Assembly: GCA_963631735.1 (NCBI GenBank)
Contig: CAVGRW010000001.1
Span: forward strand, 21,300 to 85,299
Source of the DNA: Bacteroidaceae bacterium
Lineage (GTDB): Bacteria > Bacillota > Clostridia > Oscillospirales > Acutalibacteraceae
Length of the DNA: 64,000 bases
Direction: 5' to 3'
The number at the start of each line of letters is the position of its first letter. Within the stretch, counting starts at the first letter, position 1. Below, one piece after another: positions 54,109 to 63,930 of the stretch. A program made the position numbers and the translations under genes. The notes beneath the pieces are model-generated. The model had not been told where the DNA came from and did not search any database. It saw only the letters and a list, made by a program, of their open reading frames with translations.

Positions 54109-55023
54109 TCAATCACATTTTGTAAATTCCTTTGAATTTGATTCAAAAACTATCGTCCCGAGCAAATCGGTGCGGTAATATTCTATTCCCATGCTTTCAA
54201 GCCGCTTTGTAACGACCTCATGCGGATGTCCATAATCATTATTCAATCCGCAGCAGATAACGGCATATTTCGGATTGACCACTTTCAGCCATTTCTCGCT
54301 CGACGAGGTCTTGCTACCGTGATGGCCGACATTGAGAATCGTTGCGGAATAATCAATGTTCTTCTTCAAAAGATCCTTTTCGACCGTAGTAGTTGCGTCG
54401 CCCGTGAACATGACGGACGTATCGCCGTAGCTGACTCTTGTAACTGCCGACATATCGTTCAGATCGTCGTAATCACACAGAGGAGCGAAAATCTCCATTG
54501 TCATTTCACCGTAGGAATAGGTTTCGCCCGGTTCGGCGGCAATGACATTCTCGGCGTTATCCGAAACGGCTGTCAGAAATTTTTCATAGGTTTTGCTTGT
54601 CGGAATAATCTTCTCGGGAATTTCCGGCATGATGAAATCCTTGATTTTGAATTCATAAAGCAACTTCGTCATTGCGCCCATATGGTCGGAATGAGGATGG
54701 GTCACAAGAACACAGTCAAGCGTGTCGATGTTCAAATTCTTTATGTAGCTTATAACAGTCTGTGCAGCTCCAACCTCGCCCGAATCAACAAGAATAGTTT
54801 CGTCGCCGCATCTGAGCAGTGTACAATTACCCTGACCGACGTCAATGAAGCTGACGTACATCTTGCCGGGATTGCTCTGCTCGGTGTTTCTCAGCCCTGC
54901 TTCCTCATAAACATCCTTGAAGTCACCGAAGTATCTCGTTCCGAGAACCGCAAGCACGGCAATGATTAGAACAACAATTCCCGTTACGGCTTTTGAGTTA
55001 ATATTTTTTCTTCTTTTTTTCAT
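54109..55023 (-). CDS. Membrane-anchored ComEC-type metallo-beta-lactamase-fold hydrolase (stand-alone)
   Basis: 304 aa. N-terminal TM is GIVVLIIAVLAVLG. Has FIDVGQGNCTLL, LVTHPHSDHMG and VGHHGS, matching the canonical ComEC C-terminal MBL motifs. Confidence 0.8.
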   Translation of the reverse strand: MKKRRKNINSKAVTGIVVLIIAVLAVLGTRYFGDFKDVYEEAGLRNTEQSNPGKMYVSFIDVGQGNCTLLRCGDETILVDSGEVGAAQTVISYIKNLNIDTLDCVLVTHPHSDHMGAMTKLLYEFKIKDFIMPEIPEKIIPTSKTYEKFLTAVSDNAENVIAAEPGETYSYGEMTMEIFAPLCDYDDLNDMSAVTRVSYGDTSVMFTGDATTTVEKDLLKKNIDYSATILNVGHHGSKTSSSEKWLKVVNPKYAVICCGLNNDYGHPHEVVTKRLESMGIEYYRTDLLGTIVFESNSKEFTKCD

Positions 55024-56857
55024 ATCTCTTACCGCTGTTGTAGCCGTTCTTCTGAGGTCTGCCTGCGTTCGTTCGCTTCGGCGTAACCAAGCACTTTTCC
55101 GAATAGCCTATCAAATCGTGTCTGCCTGCTTTCCTGAGCGCTTCCTCGCAAAGATCTCTGTTTTTCGGGTCGTAATATTGCAAAAGCGCACGCTGTAAGG
55201 CTTTGTCGTGCGGAGTTTTTGCAACGTAGACCTCTTTCATCGTATATGGGTCAAGCCCCGTGTAAAACATGCAGGTTGAAATCGTACCCGGAGTGGGATA
55301 AAAGTCCTGAACCTGCTCGGGACGGATATGTCTTTTTTTGAGGAATACCGCCAATTCGACCGCATCCTTTAAGGTCGAGCCCGGGTGCGACGACATGAGA
55401 TAAGGAACAAGGTACTGCTCCTTGCCGACAGAATTCGTTATTTCAAAATATTTCTTTGAAAATTCAATATAAGCTTCGATGTGCGGCTTGCCCATCTTGT
55501 CAAGAACCGCCGCAGAGCAATGCTCGGGTGCGACCTTGAGCTGACCGCTGACATGATATTTGACGAGCTCACGGAAGAAAGTATCGTCGGGATCCTTGAG
55601 CATATAGTCGTATCTTATTCCCGAGCGAATAAACACCTTTTTAACCTTCGGCAGCTCACGAACGGTTCTCAGAATATCAAGATATTCGCTGTGGTCTGCC
55701 TTCAAAGCCTTACAGGGCGTCGGCGCAAGGCATTTTTTGCCCTTGCAAAGTCCTTTTTCAAGCTGAACAAGACAGCTTGTGCGCCTGAAATTGGCTGTCG
55801 GACCGCCTATATCGTGAATGTAGCCTTTGAAATTCGGCTTTTCGGTGAGCATTTTTGCTTCTTTTATAATGGAATCCTTGCTTCTTGTTGTAACAAATCT
55901 GCCCTGATGAAAGGCTATCGAGCAGAAGTTACATGCGCCGAAACAGCCGCGGTTGTGAGTAATCGAAAACTCGACCTCCTCAATCGCAGGAACACCGCCC
56001 ATTTTTTCATAGCAAGGGTGGTATGTCCTCTCATAAGGAAGCGAATAGACCCAATCCATCTCCTCCTGAGTGAGCGGAGGCATCGGCGGATTTTGCACCA
56101 GCATTTTATTACCGTGGCGCTGTTTGATGAGCTTTCCTCTGATATGATCCTGCTCGTCCTGCTCGATTCGGCAGGAAACGGCATATTCCTTCTTGCTCTT
56201 GCAAACGTTTTCAAATGACGGACATTCTGCGCCATAAAGCGGAGTGTCACGCACGTCGCAAGCGTAGCAGGTTCCCCTGACATCTGTAATCGAGCTTATC
56301 GGCTCGCCGTTGGAAAGTCTGCGGCAAATTTCAATCGTCTGATTTTCGCCCATTCCGTAGGAAATGAGGTCTGCCTGAGAATCAAAAAGAATACTTCTTC
56401 TGATTTTATCGTCCCAATAATCGTAATGTGCAAAGCGGCGAAGCGACGCTTCAAGACCGCCGATTATGATGGGAATATCGCCGTAAAGCTCCCTTATCTT
56501 ATTGCAGTAAACAATTACCGCTCTGTCGGGTCTCAGACCCATAATTTTTCCCGGGGAATATGCGTCCTGACTGCGGTGCTTTTTCGCCGCAGTGTAATGA
56601 GCGACCATCGAGTCGATATTGCCCGAGGAAACCATGAATCCGAGCTTAGGTCTGCCGAAGCGGAGAAAATCATCGTTCGTTCTCCAGTCGGGCTGACTGA
56701 GGAAAGCCACTCTGTAGCCCTCGGCTTCCATTACTCTTGTAATTATAGCCGCACCGAAGCTGGGGTGGTCAACGTAGGCATCGCCCGAAACATAGACAAA
56801 GTCTACCTCGTCCCATCCTCTTTCTTTAACTTCTTCTGCAGTTATCGGTAAAAACAT
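54998..56857 (-). CDS. ygiQ: YgiQ-family (UPF0313) radical SAM protein
   Basis: 619 aa. MFLPIT start, a CFGACNFCS cluster, and a basic C-terminal tail. Confidence 0.85.
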   Translation of the reverse strand: MFLPITAEEVKERGWDEVDFVYVSGDAYVDHPSFGAAIITRVMEAEGYRVAFLSQPDWRTNDDFLRFGRPKLGFMVSSGNIDSMVAHYTAAKKHRSQDAYSPGKIMGLRPDRAVIVYCNKIRELYGDIPIIIGGLEASLRRFAHYDYWDDKIRRSILFDSQADLISYGMGENQTIEICRRLSNGEPISSITDVRGTCYACDVRDTPLYGAECPSFENVCKSKKEYAVSCRIEQDEQDHIRGKLIKQRHGNKMLVQNPPMPPLTQEEMDWVYSLPYERTYHPCYEKMGGVPAIEEVEFSITHNRGCFGACNFCSIAFHQGRFVTTRSKDSIIKEAKMLTEKPNFKGYIHDIGGPTANFRRTSCLVQLEKGLCKGKKCLAPTPCKALKADHSEYLDILRTVRELPKVKKVFIRSGIRYDYMLKDPDDTFFRELVKYHVSGQLKVAPEHCSAAVLDKMGKPHIEAYIEFSKKYFEITNSVGKEQYLVPYLMSSHPGSTLKDAVELAVFLKKRHIRPEQVQDFYPTPGTISTCMFYTGLDPYTMKEVYVAKTPHDKALQRALLQYYDPKNRDLCEEALRKAGRHDLIGYSEKCLVTPKRTNAGRPQKNGYNSGKRYEKKKKKY

Positions 56858-56860
56858 GAA

Positions 56861-59488
56861 TTACTCCTCATCGTTTTCTTCATATGCGTCCGTCTCGATC
56901 GGATTTTCAATCGGAGCGGATGCGTTTCCAAGTGCGTTCATCTCCATCCACTGTTGTTTGGAGATAAGAACCTTTCTCGGCTTACTGCCCTCGAACGGAC
57001 CAACAATTCCTCTCTGCTCGAGGTCGTCTATAATCCTTGCCGCACGGGCATAGCCTAATTTCAATTTACGCTGTAAGAGCGTTGTTGAAGCCATCTGAGC
57101 CTCAACGACAACCTCAATAGCCTTGGGTATCATCTCATCGCCGCCCTCGCCCGAGTCACCGTCGGAGGACGATGACGAAGCGGAAGGCTTCTTCTCGATA
57201 ACAGCCTGACGCTCGATTTCTTCCATAACCTTTTCGTCGTACTGCTTTTCCTCGCCCTGGGTCTTTATAAACTTAACGACGCTTTCAACCTCCTCATCGG
57301 AGAGGAAACAACCCTGAACACGGACGGGCTTTGAAACGCCGACGGGGCTGAACAGCATATCGCCGTAGCCCAAAAGCTTTTCTGCACCTGCCGTGTCAAT
57401 AATTGTTCTTGAATCGACCTGCGACGAAACCGAAAGCGCAATTCGGCTCGGGATATTCGCCTTGATTATACCTGTAATAACGTTAACGGACGGTCTCTGC
57501 GTTGCAATAACAAGGTGCATACCTGCCGCACGAGCCATCTGAGCAAGTCGGCAAATAGAGTCCTCGACCTCGTTCGGCGCCGCCATCATAAGGTCGGACA
57601 GCTCGTCGATAAATATAACGATATGCGGCATCGGAGTGAGCGTTTCGCTCGTTGCGGCGAGCTTGTTATAGCCCTTGATATCTCTGACTGCATTTTCCGA
57701 GAACATCTTATATCTCTGGAGCATTTCCGTAACTGCCCAGCCGAGCGCACCTGCCGCCTTTCTCGGGTCGGAAACAACGGGAACGAGCAAATGTGGGATT
57801 CCGTTATAAATCGTGAATTCAACCTGCTTCGGGTCGATCATCAAAAGCTTGACCTCATCGGGATTTGCGTTGTAAAGTATGCTGATGATCATTGCGTTAA
57901 GGCAAACCGATTTACCGGAACCGGTGGTACCTGCAATGAGCAGATGCGGCATCTTTGCAATGTCGGCGCAGATAGTGTTACCCGTGATATCCTTGCCGAG
58001 TCCGACATTCAGCTTGCTTTTTGCGTTTTTATAAACAGGTGTTTCGATAATTTCTCTGAGTGAAACCGTGGCTCTGTTTTTGTTCGGAATTTCAATGCCG
58101 ATCGCCGATTTATTCGGAATCGGAGCCTCAATACGAACGCCCGACGAAGCGAGCGCAAGGGCAATATCGTCGGCAAGGCTCGTAATTTTGCTTATTTTAA
58201 CGCCTGCCGCCGGCTGTAATTCATAACGTGTTACGGACGGACCTCGGCAGATATCGACGATTTTTGTCGATACACCGAAGCTGTTGAGCGTGTCAACAAG
58301 CTTTGTTGCGTTGTTCTTCAGCTCCTCCTCATAATTCATTGCGCCTGCATTATTGGCATATTTCAGGCAGTCGATCGGAGGTTTCTGATAGGTGTGGAAA
58401 ACCTGAACGGGTTCGTCGTTTTTCTCCGCCTTCGTCTCCTTCTTCGGCTCTGCTTTTTCCTTTTCGGCAGGCTTGTCCTTCGGCTTAACAGAGCTGTTGA
58501 CCTTTTTAATTATCTCGTCAAGCGGCAAAGCAGGCTCAGCCGCAGAAATCTCGGGCTCGGGCACAACATCAACAAAAGGCTTCGGAGCCTTGCTTTTCGG
58601 CTTGATATCCTTCTTTTCGGCGTTGCCGACAAGCTCCTCAATGTACATGCCGTCGTCCTCGGGTGAGCCGTAAGCCTCGGGTCCGATATCAACGGGAACA
58701 TACTTCTTTTTCTTTCTGATAAACGGAACAGTGTCGTCACCGTCATCCGCTTCTTCTCTCTCCTGCCGTCTTACCTTAGCTGAATCTACTCTTTCCTTAA
58801 TGAAAAGATATACGCCCAAAAGCGTGCTGCCCGTCACAAACATCAGCGTTGCGATAAGCAGAACTATGAGCACGATTGCGGAAGCGGTTTTGCCGAAAAG
58901 CATCTCGGGCACTCCGCCGAAAACCGCACCTATAACACCGCCGCTTCCGACGGTCACTGTATCCTTCAAATTCCAAACATACTCGATCTGATCCTTTAAA
59001 TCACCCGAATCAACGGCATCCGAAAAAACATGAACAATACCCGAAAGCATGCCCGTTGCGAGTGACGCACCGATAAGCCTGCCCCTGAGCGACTTAATTG
59101 CCTTAGTGCTCTTATCCGAAGCAAGCATAACTATAATATAAATCAGCATAAGCGGCCAGACATAGGCGCATATGCCCGCAACTCCGAAAATAAATTCGTG
59201 AAATGCAAGCCATACCCTTTCGCCCTTTATAAATGTTGCCGCAAGAAGAATTGCCGTCACCGCAGAAAGGATTATTGCCGCACGCTGACGAATGACCGCA
59301 GGAGAAACAGCGCTTTCATTCTTTGACGAGCCTTTTCTGCTGTCGGCAGTTGTCTTAGTCTGCTTCCTGGCAGGCTGAGTCGGAGCGGGTCCTTTCTTTT
59401 GCTGTGAAGTATTCTTCGGTTTTGAAGAAGCTGTTTTCTTCTTGGCTGACGACGTATTCTTTTTTTTGCTCTGATTATTTGCCGCCAT
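56861..59488 (-). CDS. ftsK: DNA translocase FtsK/SpoIIIE
   Basis: 875 aa. Basic N-terminus, four TMs, a long linker, the AGTTGSGKS Walker A and a C-terminal gamma wHTH ([18 protein letters not shown]). Confidence 0.9.
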   Translation of the reverse strand: MAANNQSKKKNTSSAKKKTASSKPKNTSQQKKGPAPTQPARKQTKTTADSRKGSSKNESAVSPAVIRQRAAIILSAVTAILLAATFIKGERVWLAFHEFIFGVAGICAYVWPLMLIYIIVMLASDKSTKAIKSLRGRLIGASLATGMLSGIVHVFSDAVDSGDLKDQIEYVWNLKDTVTVGSGGVIGAVFGGVPEMLFGKTASAIVLIVLLIATLMFVTGSTLLGVYLFIKERVDSAKVRRQEREEADDGDDTVPFIRKKKKYVPVDIGPEAYGSPEDDGMYIEELVGNAEKKDIKPKSKAPKPFVDVVPEPEISAAEPALPLDEIIKKVNSSVKPKDKPAEKEKAEPKKETKAEKNDEPVQVFHTYQKPPIDCLKYANNAGAMNYEEELKNNATKLVDTLNSFGVSTKIVDICRGPSVTRYELQPAAGVKISKITSLADDIALALASSGVRIEAPIPNKSAIGIEIPNKNRATVSLREIIETPVYKNAKSKLNVGLGKDITGNTICADIAKMPHLLIAGTTGSGKSVCLNAMIISILYNANPDEVKLLMIDPKQVEFTIYNGIPHLLVPVVSDPRKAAGALGWAVTEMLQRYKMFSENAVRDIKGYNKLAATSETLTPMPHIVIFIDELSDLMMAAPNEVEDSICRLAQMARAAGMHLVIATQRPSVNVITGIIKANIPSRIALSVSSQVDSRTIIDTAGAEKLLGYGDMLFSPVGVSKPVRVQGCFLSDEEVESVVKFIKTQGEEKQYDEKVMEEIERQAVIEKKPSASSSSSDGDSGEGGDEMIPKAIEVVVEAQMASTTLLQRKLKLGYARAARIIDDLEQRGIVGPFEGSKPRKVLISKQQWMEMNALGNASAPIENPIETDAYEENDEE

Positions 59489-59594
59489 GTTACCCTCCGT
59501 AATTTATTAAATATATAAACACATTTTATCAAGCGATAATAGCCCAATATCTTGTATATAATACCATTTTTCGCTACAAATATCAATATCTTTA

Positions 59595-59623
59595 TTGATT
59601 TTTTTTGATAGATTGTATATAAT
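59595..59623 (+). promoter_or_regulatory. Candidate sigmaA promoter for the epimerase gene
   Basis: TTGATT (59595-59600), a 17-nt spacer, then TATAAT (59618-59623). RBS GAAGGAG at 59637-59643. Confidence 0.45.
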
Positions 59624-59650
59624 TGAGAAAACAAACGAAGGAGTGGTATT

Positions 59651-60505
59651 ATGAACTATACCTTAAATAATAATTCGGTCAGTATTTCCGTAAAAAAATA
59701 CGGCGCCGAGCTTTCCTCATTCAAGTCGCTCGACACCTCGATCGAATATCTTTGGCAGGGCAATCCCGATGTTTGGTACGGTCAGTCCCCTATTCTCTTC
59801 CCGATCGTCGGCACACTGCTCGACAACAAGTGCAGAATCGACGGCAAGGAATATGAGATGTTCCGCCACGGCATTGCAAGAAAAAGAGATTTTGAGCTTA
59901 AGGAGCAGGGCGAGGATCACCTCACGCTTACTCAAAGTTGGAATGACGAATCGCTCGAACGCTATCCGTTCAAGTATATTTTTGACATAGAATTCAAGCT
60001 TGACGGCAAAAAATTGACCGTAACCCACACAATTAAAAACGCAGATGACAAAACGATGTATTTCTCGATTGGCGCACACCCGGGATTTAACTGCAAAATC
60101 GGCGACAGGCTTTCTTTTGCCAAACCCGAGACGCTCGTTTGTGAAAAAATCGACTCGGATTCAATTCTCGACGGCAAGCATTACCCGACCTTGAACAACG
60201 AAACCGATATTGTGATCACAAAGGATATTTTCGACGGTGACGCTCTCATTCTTTCGGGAATGAAATCGGACACGGTTTATCTCAAGAGTGATTTCCGTCC
60301 GCAGGAAATCAAATTCAACTTCGGCAAGGCGCCCGTCCTCGGAATATGGGCAAAGCCGGGCGCAGAATATGTCTGCATTGAGCCGTGGTACGGTATAAAC
60401 GATTCAAGAGAGGTCAAGGATGATTTTTCACAAAAGCGCCTCATTCAGAAGCTCGAACCGGGCGAGGAATTCGTATTTCCGTGGAGTGCGGAGATTATTG
60501 AGTAA
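59651..60505 (+). CDS. Aldose 1-epimerase family protein (LacX-like)
   Basis: 284 aa. Has ILFPIVG, FSIGAHPGF and CIEPW motifs of the aldose-epimerase fold. Confidence 0.85.
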   Translation: MNYTLNNNSVSISVKKYGAELSSFKSLDTSIEYLWQGNPDVWYGQSPILFPIVGTLLDNKCRIDGKEYEMFRHGIARKRDFELKEQGEDHLTLTQSWNDESLERYPFKYIFDIEFKLDGKKLTVTHTIKNADDKTMYFSIGAHPGFNCKIGDRLSFAKPETLVCEKIDSDSILDGKHYPTLNNETDIVITKDIFDGDALILSGMKSDTVYLKSDFRPQEIKFNFGKAPVLGIWAKPGAEYVCIEPWYGINDSREVKDDFSQKRLIQKLEPGEEFVFPWSAEIIE

Positions 60506-60546
60506 TAATTAAATCCGTTCTTTTTATCCGAATAATCTTTACTTAG

Positions 60547-60594
60547 CCTCCCCTTATTGTAAGGGGAGGTGTCGTTTTTGACGACAGAGGGGAT
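60547..60594 (+). repeat. Composite GC-rich palindromic unit A
   Basis: CCTCCCCTT-attgt-AAGGGGAGG, then TGTCGT-ttttg-ACGACA, then GAGGGGAT. The first hairpin plus the T-run could also terminate the epimerase gene. Confidence 0.7.
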
Positions 60595-60653
60595 ATTTCA
60601 ATAGAAAAGGCTTTGATTTAGAGAACTAAAAAGAATAAATTTCAAAGTTCAAA

Positions 60654-60711
60654 TCCCCACCACCGCAAGCGATCCCCCCCCTCGCTGCAGCTTGTCCGTG
60701 ACTGAGGGGTT
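60654..60711 (+). repeat. Degenerate palindromic unit B'
   Basis: Has the same tail (GTGACTGAGGGGTT), but the first hairpin has decayed to AGCGA-tcccccccc-TCGCT. Confidence 0.4.
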
Positions 60712-60736
60712 CGTTTAATATTTGCTAAAAAATTTT

Positions 60737-60783
60737 AACCCCTCCGTCACTCCTTCGTCGTGCCACCTCCCCTGCAAGGGAGG
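60737..60783 (-). repeat. Composite palindromic unit B, inverted orientation
   Basis: The reverse complement reads CCTCCC-ttgcag-GGGAGG-TGG-cacgacgaaggagtgacg-GAGGGGTT. Confidence 0.65.
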
Positions 60784-60968
60784 CAAGAGATTTTTCTGCG
60801 CCGATAGTAATTTCATCAGAATTTCAAAGGTGCGATGTGGGCATCGCATCCTACGATAATTGCAGAAAAATAATGTTACGCAGAGGTATGGTTAGAGCAC
60901 AATTCGTAGGGATCGATGAACACGTTTAAGTTCTGATAAATGCTGCTTTCAGAGCAAAAACCACTCAG

Positions 60969-61021
60969 CCTTCCCCTTGAGGGGAAGGTGGGCGGCGGAT
61001 TGCGCCGCTCGGATGAGGTGG
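60969..61021 (+). repeat. Composite palindromic unit C
   Basis: CCTTCCCCT-tga-GGGGAAGG-TGG-GCGGCGgattGCGCCGC-tcg-GATGAGGTGG. Confidence 0.7.
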
Positions 61022-61064
61022 CAATTATTTATCTTATTTTCATTGAATTCAGACTCGACATTTT

Positions 61065-61110
61065 CCACCTCATCAGTCGCTTACGCGCCAGCTTCCCCTC
61101 AAGGGGAAGC
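61065..61110 (-). repeat. Composite palindromic unit D, an inverted copy of C
   Basis: CCACCTCATC...GCTTCCCCT-caa-GGGGAAGC. The 18-nt hairpin core and 10-nt tail are exact reverse complements of those in unit C. Confidence 0.7.
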
Positions 61111-61210
61111 CTTGGTCGGCTTGTTCTAATTTTAAAATTTCTTCCGACTTCTTAGCGAAACTTCAAAGTTACATTCCTTGCAAAAAACAAAAATACTGTA
61201 CAAAAACCAA

Positions 61211-61241
61211 CTGCCGCATTAGGTTCATTCCAATGCGGCAG
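61211..61241. terminator. Bidirectional terminator downstream of the LRR gene
   Basis: CTGCCGCATT pairs with AATGCGGCAG (10 bp). T-rich runs flank it on both strands. Confidence 0.6.
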
Positions 61242-61246
61242 TTTAT

Positions 61247-62164
61247 TTATTTAATATACTCTATTTTGATGCTGTTTTCCTTTGCGAAGCTTTCGGCTTT
61301 CGAGCCTGCTTTTACACGGAGAACAAGATCCTTGTCGTTCGTTCCGTCGGTTTGAGTAAATGCGTTTTTGTCGATCACTTTGACGGAATCGGGAACAGTA
61401 ACCGTTTTAACACCGGATTTTGTAATAATAACCGAGCCAATCTGAGTTACCGAATCGGGAATATCCAGCTCTTTAAGTCCCGTACAAAGCACAAACGTTC
61501 CCTGCGGAATCGACTTAACCTTGTTTGAGAAAGTAAAGCCCGTAAGCGTGGGGCAATTATAGAATGCAAGGGAATTTATTGTTTCGACCTCGCTCGGACA
61601 GGTATAGTTACCGAGATTGGCATAAGGCAATGCGAAATAAAGCGTTTTCATATCCACTGAAAGAAGAACGCCGTCCTTGATTACAAAATTTCCGCCGTCC
61701 TCAATTTGGACGTTTTTGAGCGATGTGCAGCCTGCAAAGAGACTTCCGCCGAGCTTTTCAAGGCTCTTCGGCAGTGTAATTTCTTCCAGCGCAGTGCAGT
61801 CGTTAAAGCAGCCTTCGTCAATATTAAGTATTGATTTACCGAGCTTTACGGTTTTGAGGGATTTGCAGCCTCTGAAAGCGCTCATGCCGATATAGGTTAT
61901 TTTATCGCCTATTTCGATCGAGGTTATGTCGCTTTCCTCAAAAGCAGAAGTGTCGATCTGCGTGACGTTCTTTCCTCTGAGCTTTGACGGAATTTTAACG
62001 TCCTTGCTCTCGCCCTTATAGCCCGTGATCATTACCGTGCCTTTATCGGTGCCGTCAACGTATTCAAACTCCGACTTATCCCATTTGAAATAAATCAGAA
62101 ACGCCGACGTGCCGACAATAAGTACGGCAAGCGTAAAGCAAAGGACTTTAATTGCATTTTTCAT
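61247..62164 (-). CDS. BspA-type leucine-rich-repeat surface protein
   Basis: 305 aa. N-terminal TM/signal. Repeats of about 23 aa follow the pattern I..SAF..C..L..V.L (LRR_5-like). Confidence 0.75.
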   Translation of the reverse strand: MKNAIKVLCFTLAVLIVGTSAFLIYFKWDKSEFEYVDGTDKGTVMITGYKGESKDVKIPSKLRGKNVTQIDTSAFEESDITSIEIGDKITYIGMSAFRGCKSLKTVKLGKSILNIDEGCFNDCTALEEITLPKSLEKLGGSLFAGCTSLKNVQIEDGGNFVIKDGVLLSVDMKTLYFALPYANLGNYTCPSEVETINSLAFYNCPTLTGFTFSNKVKSIPQGTFVLCTGLKELDIPDSVTQIGSVIITKSGVKTVTVPDSVKVIDKNAFTQTDGTNDKDLVLRVKAGSKAESFAKENSIKIEYIK

Positions 62165-62176
62165 AATTGTTTCACC

Positions 62177-63850
62177 TTATTTAAACATATAAACTCTGAC
62201 TTCATACGGCTTTGTAACGAAGCCGTTGTTGACTACCCTGTTATCGGAATAGTTGGAAAGCACAAGCTCACCCTTTGAAAGGTCATATCCCTTGGGAGCT
62301 TTGAACTTCACGGAGCCCTCCTTGAATGAGCAGACAACAAGAACTTTGTCATTGTCGAGAACTCTCTCATAGGTATAAAGGAACGGATTGAGATGGTCGT
62401 ATTCCTTGTATTTACCGTAGATAAGAACCTCATTTTCTTTTCTGAGCTTGATAAGCCTTTTATAGAAATTGAGAATCGAATCGGGATTTTTAAGGTCGTC
62501 CTCAACGTTGATTTCCTTATAATTCGGGTTGATGTTGAACCACGGCTTGCCTGTAGTAAAGCCTGCGTTCTCCGCCTCGGACCACTGAACGGGCGTTCTT
62601 GAATTCTCACGGCTGACGTCCTTTGCGAGCTTTAAAAACCGCTTCTCACTATAGCCGAGCTTCTTGAATATACGCCAATTGTTGAAGGTCATAACATCCT
62701 TATAATCGGAAATTTTGTCAAGCAAAATATTTGTCATGCCGATTTCCTGACCCTGATAAATAAACGGTGTTCCGCAAAGCAGGAAATACATCGCCGCAAG
62801 CATTTTACCGCTTTCAACACGGTAATTTATGTTGCCGTATCGTTCGATAATTCTCGCATGGTCGTGGTTTTCGATATAAAGACAGTTCCAGCCCCTGCCC
62901 TGCAAGCCATACTGCCATTTTGAAAGCGTTGACTTGAGCTTAATAAGATTGAACGGTGTTTTGACCCAATCAACCATGAAGCAATTGGCATTCATATGCT
63001 CAAACGAAATCATCATGTTAAGCTTCTGATTAGGTCCCTCGGTGACAAAATCCTTTGCCATCTTGATATCAGACATGGGACCTTCGCCGACAGTGAAGCA
63101 ATCGTAGTGGTCATAAACATCACGCTTGAATTCGTCAAGATATTCTTCAAGGTGCGGTCCGTGCTTATAGTGTTCAACACCCGTCGCAACGGGAAGCGGA
63201 ATACCGTCGGGCAAGCCCTCACGCTTGGAAATAAACGTTATAACGTCCTCTCGGAAGCCGTCAACGCCCATGTCAAGCCAATAACGCATTATGTCTTTAA
63301 CTTCCTGTCTGACCTTGGGATTATCCATATTGAGATCAGGCTGCTTTTTTGCGAAAACGTGAAGATAATATTCGTCAATATCAGGATTGTACTCCCATGC
63401 ACCGCCCTCAAAGGTCGAAAGCCAATTGTTCGGCGGCTTGTTACCCTTACCCTTGCGCCATATGTAATAATCATGATAAGGATTGTCAACGCTCTTTGCG
63501 CTCTCCTTGAACCATTCGTGCTCGTCGGAGGTATGATTGACAACAAGATCCATGAAAACTCTCATTCCACGCTCATGGGCACCTTCAAGAATTTTCTTGA
63601 AATCGTCAAGAGTTCCGAACTCGGGATTTATATTTCTGTAATCGGAAATATCATATCCGTAGTCGGCGTTGGGCGTGGGATATATCGGCGAGAACCAAAT
63701 TCCGTCAACACCGAGCTCCTTGAGATAATCAAGCTTTGAATAAACGCCGGGCAAATCACCTATGCCGTCGCCGTTGCTGTCGCAGAAGCTTCTCGTCCAA
63801 ATTTGATAGACGCACATTTCTTTATACCATGTTTTTTTGATATCAGCCAT
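62177..63850 (-). CDS. malL: GH13 oligo-1,6-glucosidase/alpha-glucosidase
   Basis: 557 aa. Has QIWTRSFCDSNGDGIGDL, DLVVNHTS, GFREDV, the ENHD-type region IENHDHAR, and FIYQGQEIGM. Confidence 0.9.
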   Translation of the reverse strand: MADIKKTWYKEMCVYQIWTRSFCDSNGDGIGDLPGVYSKLDYLKELGVDGIWFSPIYPTPNADYGYDISDYRNINPEFGTLDDFKKILEGAHERGMRVFMDLVVNHTSDEHEWFKESAKSVDNPYHDYYIWRKGKGNKPPNNWLSTFEGGAWEYNPDIDEYYLHVFAKKQPDLNMDNPKVRQEVKDIMRYWLDMGVDGFREDVITFISKREGLPDGIPLPVATGVEHYKHGPHLEEYLDEFKRDVYDHYDCFTVGEGPMSDIKMAKDFVTEGPNQKLNMMISFEHMNANCFMVDWVKTPFNLIKLKSTLSKWQYGLQGRGWNCLYIENHDHARIIERYGNINYRVESGKMLAAMYFLLCGTPFIYQGQEIGMTNILLDKISDYKDVMTFNNWRIFKKLGYSEKRFLKLAKDVSRENSRTPVQWSEAENAGFTTGKPWFNINPNYKEINVEDDLKNPDSILNFYKRLIKLRKENEVLIYGKYKEYDHLNPFLYTYERVLDNDKVLVVCSFKEGSVKFKAPKGYDLSKGELVLSNYSDNRVVNNGFVTKPYEVRVYMFK

Positions 63851-63900
63851 GTAATCACCCCGATTTTTGTTTTATTATAACATAACTGTGCCGTAATGGC

Positions 63901-63930
63901 AACAAAAAAATGGCTGAACGTGTCAGCCAT
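63901..63930 (-). terminator. Terminator of the gene entering from the right edge
   Basis: The minus strand reads ATGGCTGA-cacg-TTCAGCCAT followed by TTTTTTTGTT. The hairpin overlaps the stop codon of the partial ORF. Confidence 0.55.

Noticed and set aside
60644-60668. tRNA-like fragments: GTTCAAATCCCCACCACCGCA resembles a T-loop plus 3' acceptor end, and TGGTTAGAGCAC at about 60888-60899 resembles a D-arm. Together they might mark a tRNA gene or an integration att site.
   Set aside because: No complementary T-stem, acceptor stem or anticodon arm can be assembled. The two pieces are in the wrong order. No integrase or mobile-element genes are nearby. It could still be a decayed att remnant, but I cannot support that.
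60547-61110. The clustered short palindromes could be a CRISPR array.
   Set aside because: The units are in mixed orientation. They are not identical direct repeats, their spacing is irregular (about 40 to 180 nt), and no cas genes are in the window.
60940-61155. A 71-aa ORF in the long intergenic gap (MLLSEQKPLSLPLEGKV...SFPSRGS...).
   Set aside because: Its sequence is simply a read-through of palindromic units C and D (PLEGKV and FPSRGS are the hairpin arms). It has no SD and no protein-like composition.
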